DNA of 54,758 nucleotides from a virus (Duplodnaviria; Caudoviricetes): IMG/VR virus record IMGVR_UViG_3300005534_000017, positions 1 to 54,758 of that record; one strand, 5' to 3'. Shown piece by piece: positions 19,173 to 28,208 of this stretch (position 1 is its first letter; each line of letters starts with the position of its first letter). The notes under the pieces were generated by a model. It saw only the letters and a program-made list of their open reading frames with translations, ran no database searches and was not told where the DNA came from. The position numbers and the translations under genes were made by a program.

Positions 19173-19904
19173 TTAAAATCGAGTGACATATTCGGGGTGT
19201 TCTATTGGAGTATAAATCTTGACATCCGGTAACATCATCATGGGAACACCTCTGTAATTCATCAATTCACCCTCATGTCTTGGAAAAACAACCCAATCAC
19301 CGACTCGACACCAAGGTTTTTTCTTACAAGGTTTCATCCACCGATTAAAAAATAGTCTTAATACTTGTCTAAACCAATACTCTTCAAATCTGGGTCCTGA
19401 AAAACATTCATTTCCTTGTGAAACCACAAGCCCAACACAGTTTCTATACTTTTCTTCATCAATACTGGCATGAACAATTTTGGTCTTTCGTCCATCTTTA
19501 GTTCTCGCAAAGCGTTCTTCATGGACCACAACCGCCATATACCACCCCGCCATGGGCGGAGGTGTAAAACCTAATGATTCTCTTATCCTTCTCTTGGCAA
19601 TTTCTACCTCATCTTTTTGAACCCAACCGATAGAATCGCTCTTACTTTCTTCAAACTTATCAAAGAGGGTTTTCATTTCCTCTTCTTCATGTATTTCTTC
19701 TTCAGTCTTACTTTCTTCTAACCGTTTAGATATAGAATCTTTCGGTAGACCATTGACTTCTTCAATCTTATGAAGTAATCCGTCTAAATCTAAATGTTCT
19801 TGTTTAGGTTGTTCTTCTTTAATGTCCGTATTTCTGTCATATCCTGGGGGCAACATAATCCCCGGATGCGAAACGACATCAATTTTAGAATTGTTCATCA
19901 CCAT
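19173..19904 (-). CDS. groES: GroES/Cpn10-like co-chaperonin with a long N-terminal extension
   Basis: P..GW..V, VGLVVSQG, PWCRVGDWVVFPRH.G and M.L.D..I motifs; SD AGGGAGG 7 nt before ATG 19904. Confidence 0.75.
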   Translation of the reverse strand: MVMNNSKIDVVSHPGIMLPPGYDRNTDIKEEQPKQEHLDLDGLLHKIEEVNGLPKDSISKRLEESKTEEEIHEEEEMKTLFDKFEESKSDSIGWVQKDEVEIAKRRIRESLGFTPPPMAGWYMAVVVHEERFARTKDGRKTKIVHASIDEEKYRNCVGLVVSQGNECFSGPRFEEYWFRQVLRLFFNRWMKPCKKKPWCRVGDWVVFPRHEGELMNYRGVPMMMLPDVKIYTPIEHPEYVTRF

Positions 19905-20121
19905 TATCATCCCTCCCTGAATTAATGGTTTTGGACTCATAAAAATGTGAATAGCATTCCTTAAGAATATCGATAGATTCCTGATAGGCTCTTAATTTCC
20001 CAACAGAAAATCGATAATCTTCCATGCTATTAAGAGCGCCTGATACCATCGATTCCTTGACAGTATTTAAACGCTCTTGAATCAGTTTAAAGCAGGATTC
20101 TAAAAAATACTCTCCGAACAT
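19885..20121 (-). CDS. Small conserved head-module protein
   Basis: GAL.SMEDYR..VG.LRAY motif; TAATG coupling to the upstream gene. Confidence 0.65.
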   Translation of the reverse strand: MFGEYFLESCFKLIQERLNTVKESMVSGALNSMEDYRFSVGKLRAYQESIDILKECYSHFYESKTINSGRDDNGDEQF

Positions 20122-20570
20122 TAAACTCTTTGAGCACCTTTCATCGTCGCCACGCCTTTTCTAACTTTAGCAGCGCCTCCCAAAGCCATCATTTTGCGTT
20201 TCTTCAATTCTTTATGAAGATACGCTTCATGCATTAGCTCTTTACTTAGGGCTTTTTTTTTATGACCTTTGTGATGGCCTCCATGCATCATTTCATGCAT
20301 ATGCTCTTTACCATGGTGACCATCATGCATATGGTGTTCAGCATGGTGCTTTTTATGAGCATGATGCTCAGAATGATGTTTCTTATGACCATCTTTTGAT
20401 TTATGAGCATGACCGCCTTTTTTCATATAAGTACCGGTTGAAGCATCATAAGGAACTTTCTTTGCTTTTACGGAATGATTTGATTTAGGCAATTTAGCGC
20501 CTTGTAACGATTTTTTATCGTTAACACGTTTTGTTCCAACCATCATGGATTCTGATTCATATTTTGTCAT
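20121..20570 (-). CDS. Basic His-rich virion protein with KKGG motifs
   Basis: ATG 20570 has an RBS; poly-His/Lys tract; PYDAS.G.YMKKGG shared with the neighbouring gene. Confidence 0.7.
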   Translation of the reverse strand: MTKYESESMMVGTKRVNDKKSLQGAKLPKSNHSVKAKKVPYDASTGTYMKKGGHAHKSKDGHKKHHSEHHAHKKHHAEHHMHDGHHGKEHMHEMMHGGHHKGHKKKALSKELMHEAYLHKELKKRKMMALGGAAKVRKGVATMKGAQRV

Positions 20571-20574
20571 TACA

Positions 20575-21075
20575 CTATCCTCTGTGTTTATGTACTTTCC
20601 CGCCCTTGCGCATATATTGACCTTGTGAGGCATCATATGGCAAAGATTGTTTCGCCTTAACTCTGCCGTCCTTTTTAGACTTCTTACCACCGGACAACTT
20701 AAGTGATTTCTTTTTCATCCCTATCATAGGATGAGAACCTGGGACGATAACTCGCATGGATTCTTTTACCATTCCACCTTTTTTCATTTTCTTTCTTGGA
20801 AAGTATCCATCATGTCGATTATCATTTAAAAATTGTTTAGTTTTTTTCTCTTTAATAGGTTGTGGAATATGAAGCTCTGACATTCTGCCTTCTTTATTCC
20901 TAGGTACGGCATGGCCGCCTTTCTTAAATGTTCTTTTTTTTAAAAACTGGGGCGCATGGCTTGATGCGAAGTAGCCTTTAATTTTAATATCCGTATCGCC
21001 TTTTAATAATTTTTTAGCATCATCCCGCATACTGTCTTTACCGGCATAACCCGATTCATAATTACATTTTTTCAT
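20575..21075 (-). CDS. Basic Lys-rich virion protein with KKGG motifs
   Basis: FKKGG, MKKGG and MRKGG motifs; overlaps the portal stop. Confidence 0.7.
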   Translation of the reverse strand: MKKCNYESGYAGKDSMRDDAKKLLKGDTDIKIKGYFASSHAPQFLKKRTFKKGGHAVPRNKEGRMSELHIPQPIKEKKTKQFLNDNRHDGYFPRKKMKKGGMVKESMRVIVPGSHPMIGMKKKSLKLSGGKKSKKDGRVKAKQSLPYDASQGQYMRKGGKVHKHRG

Positions 21076-23461
21076 AATTGTCTTTTCCTTTTCCTTTCCC
21101 TAGACTCAAAAGACTTTTTAAGACAGTCGATCCCATATTAGTCTTTTCTTTCATATCTGCCAGTTCTAAGTCCTTTTCATTTTTATCTTCAGCCATTTCT
21201 TGCTGAGACTTAATCTTTGCCATCTCCGTCTGAAACTGTAGTCCAGCCTTGGCACTATCGGCTTCCACCTTTAATCGAACTTCTTCATTCTTAAGCTTAG
21301 CAGCTCTATCGCGTTGTTCAATGTCGAGCATTAAAACTTGTTGTGGGGTGGGTTCTTGTTGAGACTGGTTCTCTTGGGCAAGCTTATTAGACGCTTCTGT
21401 TGCCATCATAGCGATTTGATTTTGAATATTGATATCCTGTAGAGCTTCTAAGGGCGGCATTTGTATACCCATGGCTTGCTGCATACTCAATAAATAGTCA
21501 TAGGCCATATGGGCCTGAATATGCGCTTTCATCTCAGGCGTTTGAGCCACAACACTATTAGAATGAACAATGATATGCGACTTATGGTCTTGCTCTATTG
21601 AAGCCTTTAAGGGCTTACCCTCCATAGCATTCATATTTTCAGTAATAGGATCTAAAGGAATGGCTTCTTTTTCAGTCTTCAAGATTTTATCGATATCCTG
21701 AATATTCATAGAAGTATATACACGATGATAGACTTCTCTCATGTCATGTAACTGTGGGTCATTTTTGGCTATCTGCAAGAGGCCATAAGCTTTAACCATG
21801 CGCTGATTAACGGTATCCAAATCACTATCGGATACTGGAACAATTCTAATGAGTTCATGGAAATCCTCTTTACTAATGGTTATCGTTTCACCGGGGATAT
21901 TGAAAATAAAAGGTTCATCCCCCATGTAAGTTTTGAAGCAGTCATAGATAAGTCCCAATTCTTGACTCATCGTATGGTGTAGACATCTCATCACTGAAGA
22001 TTGAATGACGGTCGCTTTTTCCATCAATGCCAATATCGTACCGACCGCAGCATCAGCATGCTTATCGGATATTTGGGTTTCAGCCACACCCGCAGGCTGC
22101 TTGGCTTCATCTCGCAATTGTTGTCTTAAGGTCATTAAAGTCGGGTCAGCCCCTTTATACGGAAGTGGCATAATGGCATCTTGAATTCTGACAGCCCCCC
22201 CGGTTTCAATATCATGAGCTTCACCCGGACCAATTAATTTATCATTCTGCTCCATCTTCAAGCCTTTCATCTTGATAAAGGCTGGGAAGTTGGCATAAGT
22301 ACCCGCGTCTACACCCTGTCTTAATACCGAAGTGAGAGCCACAGAATTAGAGCCAAGCATATGCAATATGCCGTAACCGTAAAGACCAAAGCCAGGAAGA
22401 TACTTAGAATGTATAAAAGACTCTTTACGTTTATATTTTGTGTCATTTTCTTTCCAATTACGGATTATCCGAACTACTTTACGATTTTGAATATCAATCG
22501 TCACAACATAAGGAAGCGGAAATTCTTGATTCTTAGGGCCTTTAGTTTCATTGATTTTGTCAATATATCGCGTCGTATGAGTTTCATAATAATCAAATTG
22601 AGAGGTATTATCGGTGATATCATTCGATAAACCATCAATTCGATTAATTGTCTTTTTAACGTTATTATCTTCAGGAGTAACATCATTAATTTCTCGCAAT
22701 TCTGTATCAACAAATTCACCAATATTTTGTTTTAATAATATTTCCTGTCTCTGTAACGATAATTTCTGAGTTATTCTACTTGATGATAATAGGTCTGTGC
22801 AGTTAGGGTCGGTGATAATATCCATGACTGGAATATTTCTGGATAATGGACGGCATAGGATAGGGTCCTGCCAGACTTTCTTGAATCCGTTACCGCAAAA
22901 GACAGTATAGAGCATATGAACATCAGAATCGGGATAATAGGTTTTATCAATAACGGTTAGATAGTCATTTAAGAATTTCTTTAATTTTTGGGCTTTATCT
23001 TCAAGTTCATCATTTTCTTTACCCAATACAACTGCATTACAAGGGCCAGTGGATGGTAATAATTCAGCTCTAACCGTTGCCCACCCTGAATAGGTAGCAG
23101 AGCTTAGAGTCGTATCATAAGCGGAGCAGGCATTCATAAAAGGGACAGATCGAAATTCTTCTATAGTGAAGCCTAAATATTTAAGTCCAGTCGCAAGAGA
23201 TTTATCAAATTGTGAACGGGCTTTCTTGTCGTCTTCAATTTCTTCTAATAGTTCTTCGGCTAGACCTGTTAATTCACTAGTCGAGAGATCTTCTGCAAGG
23301 TTTCTATAAAAATCGAAATTGATTTCATTCGCTTCTTCTTCCGCTACATCCACAACTTCAAATATCTTATCACCTTCCGGTGTGATTTCTAACTCATTTA
23401 ATATTTGAGAATCATTAATAGCTGAAGGTTCGCCAAGTCCATCCATGGGTACGAAGGCCAT
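21062..23461 (-). CDS. Portal protein
   Basis: 799 aa; F..NLAE, GNGFKKV..D, YLPGFGLYGYG, LRQ.VDAGT.AN.PA and DP.TEN motifs; downstream of terL. Confidence 0.9.
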   Translation of the reverse strand: MAFVPMDGLGEPSAINDSQILNELEITPEGDKIFEVVDVAEEEANEINFDFYRNLAEDLSTSELTGLAEELLEEIEDDKKARSQFDKSLATGLKYLGFTIEEFRSVPFMNACSAYDTTLSSATYSGWATVRAELLPSTGPCNAVVLGKENDELEDKAQKLKKFLNDYLTVIDKTYYPDSDVHMLYTVFCGNGFKKVWQDPILCRPLSRNIPVMDIITDPNCTDLLSSSRITQKLSLQRQEILLKQNIGEFVDTELREINDVTPEDNNVKKTINRIDGLSNDITDNTSQFDYYETHTTRYIDKINETKGPKNQEFPLPYVVTIDIQNRKVVRIIRNWKENDTKYKRKESFIHSKYLPGFGLYGYGILHMLGSNSVALTSVLRQGVDAGTYANFPAFIKMKGLKMEQNDKLIGPGEAHDIETGGAVRIQDAIMPLPYKGADPTLMTLRQQLRDEAKQPAGVAETQISDKHADAAVGTILALMEKATVIQSSVMRCLHHTMSQELGLIYDCFKTYMGDEPFIFNIPGETITISKEDFHELIRIVPVSDSDLDTVNQRMVKAYGLLQIAKNDPQLHDMREVYHRVYTSMNIQDIDKILKTEKEAIPLDPITENMNAMEGKPLKASIEQDHKSHIIVHSNSVVAQTPEMKAHIQAHMAYDYLLSMQQAMGIQMPPLEALQDINIQNQIAMMATEASNKLAQENQSQQEPTPQQVLMLDIEQRDRAAKLKNEEVRLKVEADSAKAGLQFQTEMAKIKSQQEMAEDKNEKDLELADMKEKTNMGSTVLKSLLSLGKGKGKDNYEKM

Positions 23462-23477
23462 AAAAATCCTTTTTATG
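23459..23477 (-). promoter_or_regulatory. GGA-loop hairpin sequestering the portal RBS and AUG
   Basis: CAUAAAA-AGGAU-UUUUAUG is a perfect stem. Confidence 0.6.
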
Positions 23478-23598
23478 GTAATTACCCATTGAGTTTAGTA
23501 AACAAATAGCTTAATACAAATTAAGTTGATTATCTTAAAATGGACTATTTTAATGATTTCAATTAAAGAAATTAAAAATAAGTAGATTAGCTTATATT

Positions 23599-23910
23599 TT
23601 AAGCGGCAGCATGAAGGATTTTTGCCAAGGTTTTAATAGTTGGGTTTTTGTTTCTAAGAGTATTATAAATATTAATTCTTGGAATGTTGTTTTTCTTAGA
23701 AAATTCAACAACATTGACAGATTTTAAATAAATATCAATCACTTCTACAATGCCTTCTGGATCATTATTTAAGAGGCATTCAGCGATAGCATTGACGATA
23801 TTTTTAGGATTACGGATATAGGCAGAAGGATCTAAACGGCTAAACCGGATAGGTTTTTTTATATTCTTGATAGATTTTTTTTGATTTTTTGATATCTTTA
23901 CTTTGCCCAT
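23599..23910 (-). CDS. higA: Addiction-module antitoxin (HigA-like HTH)
   Basis: I.R..IY..L..KNPTIKTLAKIL motif; downstream of and overlapping the toxin gene. Confidence 0.8.
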   Translation of the reverse strand: MGKVKISKNQKKSIKNIKKPIRFSRLDPSAYIRNPKNIVNAIAECLLNNDPEGIVEVIDIYLKSVNVVEFSKKNNIPRINIYNTLRNKNPTIKTLAKILHAAA

Positions 23911-24148
23911 TTTTATTTCCTCCTAATAATATTAAAATATTAAATTCTTTTAAATAGGAATAATATACACGATTCCCATTCTCCCATTTCAATTCCCAAA
24001 TCTCATCTACTAGATGCTTATAAACACCAAAGTGACCATATTTTTCTATCTTCCTTAACCTTTCGTAGATTTGTAATCTCGATTTTTCAGAAAGAGATGA
24101 AATCCAAGACTCAAATAGGTCGCTCTGTATTATTTCATATTCCCTCAT
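23840..24148 (-). CDS. higB: RelE/HigB-family toxin (addiction-module killer)
   Basis: F.SW...L, I..RL..I...GHFG..K.L...IWELK...G.RVYY and ILLLGGNK..QSKDI motifs. Confidence 0.85.
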   Translation of the reverse strand: MREYEIIQSDLFESWISSLSEKSRLQIYERLRKIEKYGHFGVYKHLVDEIWELKWENGNRVYYSYLKEFNILILLGGNKNGQSKDIKKSKKIYQEYKKTYPV

Positions 24149-24176
24149 TAGGATAATGTATCATATTAAATACGTA

Positions 24177-25370
24177 TTAGTAAATCTTTTTATTCCACCG
24201 TTTAGAAGTATCCTGTTCCTGGTCATCGTCAGGATTCCTAAGCCATCTAGCCGTTTGCAGCCTTAATAGAACCTGTACCATTGAATCGACGTAATCTCTC
24301 TCACCAGGGAAGCTTACACAGCTTTCCACGAACTCATCCGCTGTCTTTCTAAGGGCATTGAACAAAGGGGGCTTAGCAGCCACCCAGACGCGCCCAGACT
24401 CCAACAAATGGCTAATGACTTGAACTCGAGCGGTCTTATCACCCCATTTATCTGGATTAAAGCCAAATGCCGTAATACCAGCGGCAGAAAAGTCCTGTAA
24501 CAATGAAATGCCAGAGGATTTAGATTCAACCAATACATAATCAGGTTGATGATTACCATCGGGTTCTATTTCGGTATTTCCATCGTCTCGGTAATCGATA
24601 AATAGGCGCTTAGCCATAGCTCTTAATTCTGGATAACCGACCTGACCTCTATAGGCTGATAATAGAATTAAATTTAAATGGTCCCTTTCATCATAGAATA
24701 GCCCCCAGGTTGTACAGGCTGAATAACAGGCTGATTTCTTATCTGATAGTGCCGTATCCCAGGATTGGATAACTTGTATGGTTTCTGGGGGTGATGGTTC
24801 TTTCCACCATTGAAACCATTCTCTTCTAATCATATCCCCATCGGCAGCTCGAGGCCTTTGTTGCAACTGACCGGCAATACGTGTCTCAGTCTTTAAATTC
24901 TTTTTTAAACGTTCTAAACCTTTTTCAGTATAATAAGAAGGACAGAGTATCTCCCCTCGCTTGGTTCTTGGATCTTGCCAAATCTTGCCATTACTCGAAG
25001 GCAAGATAATTGTCTTAGCTCTTCTTTCCGGTTCAAATTCCATGGGAAGAATGACTTTTATCCAATCACCATCAAAATCATGTTTCATTATATGATTGGA
25101 TATATCATCTTCATGTAATCTTTGTTGAACAACTACCATGCAATCGTTATTAATATTATTTAAACGAGTAGACCAAACATTATCCCACCAGTCTATAGCA
25201 TTGCAACGATCTACATCAGATTCAATGTCTTTAGCATTATTAGGATCATCACAATTATGAACCAAAACTCCATTTGCAAAGTAATTCCTATTATCTTTAA
25301 CCTTTATGTTATAAACATAATCGGGTATTGTTTCTACTTTTCTAATAGCTTTGACAATTTTTCTTTCCAT
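24177..25370 (-). CDS. terL: Terminase large subunit, C-terminal precursor (IntC 39 aa plus C-extein 358 aa)
   Basis: VYNIKV..N.NYFANGVLVHN|CDDP junction, then VVQQRLHEDD, QLQQRP, QSWDTA, VESKSSG and D.VDS nuclease motifs; GGAG before ATG 25370. Confidence 0.92.
   Translation of the reverse strand: MERKIVKAIRKVETIPDYVYNIKVKDNRNYFANGVLVHNCDDPNNAKDIESDVDRCNAIDWWDNVWSTRLNNINNDCMVVVQQRLHEDDISNHIMKHDFDGDWIKVILPMEFEPERRAKTIILPSSNGKIWQDPRTKRGEILCPSYYTEKGLERLKKNLKTETRIAGQLQQRPRAADGDMIRREWFQWWKEPSPPETIQVIQSWDTALSDKKSACYSACTTWGLFYDERDHLNLILLSAYRGQVGYPELRAMAKRLFIDYRDDGNTEIEPDGNHQPDYVLVESKSSGISLLQDFSAAGITAFGFNPDKWGDKTARVQVISHLLESGRVWVAAKPPLFNALRKTADEFVESCVSFPGERDYVDSMVQVLLRLQTARWLRNPDDDQEQDTSKRWNKKIY
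25254..25370 (-). other. Split intein C-fragment (IntC), blocks F/G ending His-Asn, +1 Cys
   Basis: MERKIVKAIRKVETIPDYVYNIKVKDNRNYFANGVLVHN followed by C. Confidence 0.9.
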
Positions 25371-26128
25371 AATAATCTTTGCTCCATGCGTCCATGCATT
25401 TTTCCATGACAATACTTACAAAGGGTTATTAAATTATCCTCATTTAAATTTTCTTTATCATAATCAATATGATGAACACATAATAATTTTTTATGCTCCT
25501 CTTCTGTCATACTACAAATCATACATTTATAACCATCTCTATCCCTAATAATCGATTTAAATCTTTTATTCCAGTCAGGAGGATAGGGTCCATCACCATC
25601 CCCATGCATAAACCTTCCATTATTTTTGCCTCTTATATATTTTGAATGACCTAAATCTGCACATTCTCTTGAACAAAAATTTCTTTTTCCAACCTTTCTT
25701 TTAGTTATTCTAATTTCTTTTTTACAATTATGGCAATTATCCAACAAATTTTCATATAAAAAATGATTTTCGCCTTTTAATAATTTATCTCTACAAGACA
25801 AAGAACAGAATCGTTGATTTAATCTACCGGTTTTTTTTATAACAAATTCAGAATTACATACTATGCAATTTTTAGATCTCTTTACACCTTTCCAACTCGG
25901 GTTATTTGAACCAATTTGAAATTTATCAAAGCATGCTCTAGTACAAAAATGTCTTTTAGTTTTTTTAAACTCACCCTTTTTTAGAATGACTTTTTTATTA
26001 CAATTAAAACAATTAAAAGTCCTACATTGTTCCCCCCATTTTAATAAACACTCTTTTCCGCAAAACTTCCTTTTTATTGATGGTTTTGCTTTATATTCTT
26101 TTTTACAGAAAAAACAAATTTTAATCAT
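25334..26128 (-). CDS. Free-standing HNH homing endonuclease with repeated CxxC..FCS.xC zinc modules
   Basis: Four CxxC/RxFCxxxC repeats; C-terminal RD...C..C..VHHIDYDK.N....NLITLC..CH; sits between the intein halves. Confidence 0.9.
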   Translation of the reverse strand: MIKICFFCKKEYKAKPSIKRKFCGKECLLKWGEQCRTFNCFNCNKKVILKKGEFKKTKRHFCTRACFDKFQIGSNNPSWKGVKRSKNCIVCNSEFVIKKTGRLNQRFCSLSCRDKLLKGENHFLYENLLDNCHNCKKEIRITKRKVGKRNFCSRECADLGHSKYIRGKNNGRFMHGDGDGPYPPDWNKRFKSIIRDRDGYKCMICSMTEEEHKKLLCVHHIDYDKENLNEDNLITLCKYCHGKMHGRMEQRLLWKEKLSKLLEK

Positions 26129-26916
26129 AATGTTATAACCACATCTCCAACTTGAATGTCTTTAGCCTGAACATAGCCTTTCCCTTCAATATAAACAGGG
26201 TGCTCTTCAGTACAATAAATTGAACCATCTCCATAATCTATTTCTATAAGTTCTTTACCTTTATTTTTTTCATATTGTAGTATGTGTTTATATTCTAACT
26301 TATTAGTATTATGATTAAAGCTAAGCACATCGCATTTAATCTCATTTTCTACAATTTCGCCTATGTATAAATCTCCTAGATTTGTATTAATAATAGTATC
26401 ATATGGAACGCAGAGAAGTATACTACCACCGTCTCCGGTTGCTGATCCACCTGTACTGGTTGCTATCCTGTATCCTTGCTTTGAATTATCGAATCTATGC
26501 TTAGTATTTTGGTCCTTATCCAACGAAAAGATATGCCCCCATCTTTCCTGATACCATTTACTTTCGATTAACCTGCGGCAAAATCTAGAGTCTCTATTCG
26601 ATATAGCGGCTGAATAGGAAGAGCACATAAACTGTTCATTCGGGTTATGTATCCAGGTCCAAGCAGGCCACATGACCGATATCAAGGTAGACTTTAAATG
26701 CCTAGGCGGCATATTGACCAATAGATTCTTAATTTGACGCTTACTGACGGCTTCTAGATGTTCACAAATGGCCTGTAGATACCATCCATCATAGAAAGGC
26801 TTATTACCCGATACAATAGGCCAAGCCTGTTTAGCAAATTCATAGAAGCTATCCTCAGCCGCATAGACTGCCGCCAGGTAATCAATCGCCTGTTGTTCTA
26901 TAGATAAAGCAGCCAT
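26125..26916 (-). CDS. terL: Terminase large subunit, N-terminal precursor (N-extein 168 aa plus IntN)
   Basis: NMPPRHLKS Walker A, SYS and TG.GG.ILL leading into the intein, which interrupts Walker B (ILL|CDDP). Confidence 0.92.
   Translation of the reverse strand: MAALSIEQQAIDYLAAVYAAEDSFYEFAKQAWPIVSGNKPFYDGWYLQAICEHLEAVSKRQIKNLLVNMPPRHLKSTLISVMWPAWTWIHNPNEQFMCSSYSAAISNRDSRFCRRLIESKWYQERWGHIFSLDKDQNTKHRFDNSKQGYRIATSTGGSATGDGGSILLCVPYDTIINTNLGDLYIGEIVENEIKCDVLSFNHNTNKLEYKHILQYEKNKGKELIEIDYGDGSIYCTEEHPVYIEGKGYVQAKDIQVGDVVITL
26128..26412 (-). other. Split intein N-fragment (IntN, 95 aa)
   Basis: Block A CVPYDTII and block B IYCTEEHPVY (TxxH), ending A.DI.VGD.V then a stop. Confidence 0.9.
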
Positions 26917-26924
26917 CCATGGCC
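26911..26924 (-). promoter_or_regulatory. CsrA-type site: GGCC-AUGGAU-GGCU hairpin overlapping the terL start codon
   Basis: CANGGANG hexaloop hairpin that includes the AUG at 26916. Confidence 0.6.
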
Positions 26925-26925
26925 C

Positions 26926-27327
26926 TTATTTAATTTCTTCTAGCTTCCATTCAATTTCATTAACCGAATTAATGGTTATAAAATGACATCCAAATTCTTT
27001 TAGAATGTCTTTGTTTTCTGATTCCTTTTCAGCCATAATGCTTATAAATATTGGGACAATAAACTGCTCTTCTTGACACTTTTCAAATATCATAAAAATG
27101 TTTCTATCATGAGTAATTTTAACAGTCTTTTTTAATTTTTTGAGAACGTTAATATCACAGATATCCCCACCTAACCAGGAACTATACTCACCCTTACGCG
27201 CATCAAAATAGTCAATTAATTTATTTTTAATTTCATGATATTTAATTAACTCTAATTCCTTTTCATTGTTCTTTTTAATTCGAACCCTCTTTACCTTTTG
27301 TTTGACGACAATCCGCTTAATAGCCAT
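26926..27327 (-). CDS. Hypothetical protein, first gene of the late region
   Basis: GGAGG SD upstream of ATG 27327; the longer start in the ORF track overlaps the divergent promoter. Confidence 0.6.
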   Translation of the reverse strand: MAIKRIVVKQKVKRVRIKKNNEKELELIKYHEIKNKLIDYFDARKGEYSSWLGGDICDINVLKKLKKTVKITHDRNIFMIFEKCQEEQFIVPIFISIMAEKESENKDILKEFGCHFITINSVNEIEWKLEEIK

Positions 27328-27331
27328 TAAC

Positions 27332-27347
27332 CCTACCTCCATGTAAG
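27332..27347 (-). promoter_or_regulatory. CsrA-type site: CUUAC-AUGGAG-GUAGG hairpin over the SD
   Basis: Exact ACANGGANGU match in a 5-bp stem with a hexaloop. Confidence 0.65.
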
Positions 27348-27399
27348 AACTATAACTAATCATATTGAGAATAGCTGAAACCCAGATTTCTGCAAATTC

Positions 27400-27428
27400 T
27401 TGACAAATACACAAATTGCGTGTATACA
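27400..27428 (+). promoter_or_regulatory. Sigma70-type promoter for the MarR gene with an inverted-repeat operator
   Basis: TTGACA-17-TATACA; TACAC-N7-GTGTA at 27408-27424. Confidence 0.55.
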
Positions 27429-27450
27429 CTAATATTAATGTGAGGGCATT

Positions 27451-27900
27451 ATGAAACTAGAGCATTGTCTTCTATTCAACATTACTAAATCCGCTAAGTT
27501 TATAACCCGTTATTTTAATAATACCTATCTATCAAAATGCGGTGTTTCATTCCAACAATTTATAGTTTTATATGTGATTCATCATTATTATCTTCCGAAT
27601 TTAACTCATACCGCTTTAATTTTAGGATTAGACCGAACAACGCTATCAAGGTCCTGTAAACTCTTAGTTAAAAATAATTTAATTAAAATTAAAGATACTA
27701 CCGATAAAAGAGAAATAAGTTATGAATTAACGGACTTTGGGTTAAATATTCTTGAAAGAGCAAATAAAGGTTGGGATAAATTTAAATACGATGTTCCAGA
27801 ATTAATAGGTAAAATTAAGATGGATGAAATTATTAATGATATGCAGTTTATCTTTGAGGAATATTACAAAAAGTTTAATAGCAATAAGGGGGTTAAGTGA
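27451..27900 (+). CDS. MarR-family winged-helix regulator
   Basis: G.S..QF.VL, LGLDRTTLSR..K.L....LI and D.RE....LTD.G motifs. Confidence 0.88.
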   Translation: MKLEHCLLFNITKSAKFITRYFNNTYLSKCGVSFQQFIVLYVIHHYYLPNLTHTALILGLDRTTLSRSCKLLVKNNLIKIKDTTDKREISYELTDFGLNILERANKGWDKFKYDVPELIGKIKMDEIINDMQFIFEEYYKKFNSNKGVK

Positions 27901-28208
27901 ATAAAGAAAATCAAGGAATTGAAATTAAAGTTAAACAACCAAATATATTTAAACGAATATATTTTAAGTTATTTGGTAATAAAGATTTTAATGAAGACAG
28001 TCTTGAGACTGTTGAGATAGAAAGGCGACAAACCGATGATGAAATATCAGTATTAAATCTTGAATTTTTTAGATGTCCCAAAGGCAACAATAACACAGCT
28101 CTTGGAGAATTGTCAGGATATAGTATAAGTGTTGGAGAGCATAATATTTCCATTCCACAAACAGACAAAGGGTGGGAATGGACAGTTAAGAAGGAATTAA
28201 AAAAATGA
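27897..28208 (+). CDS. Hypothetical protein
   Basis: GTGA coupling to the MarR gene. Confidence 0.55.
   Translation: MNKENQGIEIKVKQPNIFKRIYFKLFGNKDFNEDSLETVEIERRQTDDEISVLNLEFFRCPKGNNNTALGELSGYSISVGEHNISIPQTDKGWEWTVKKELKK

Noticed and set aside
25334-26128. Group I intron, or terL pseudogene
   Set aside because: There is no non-coding room for an intron core because the ORFs overlap on both sides. Both terL parts keep intact catalytic motifs and complementary intein blocks.
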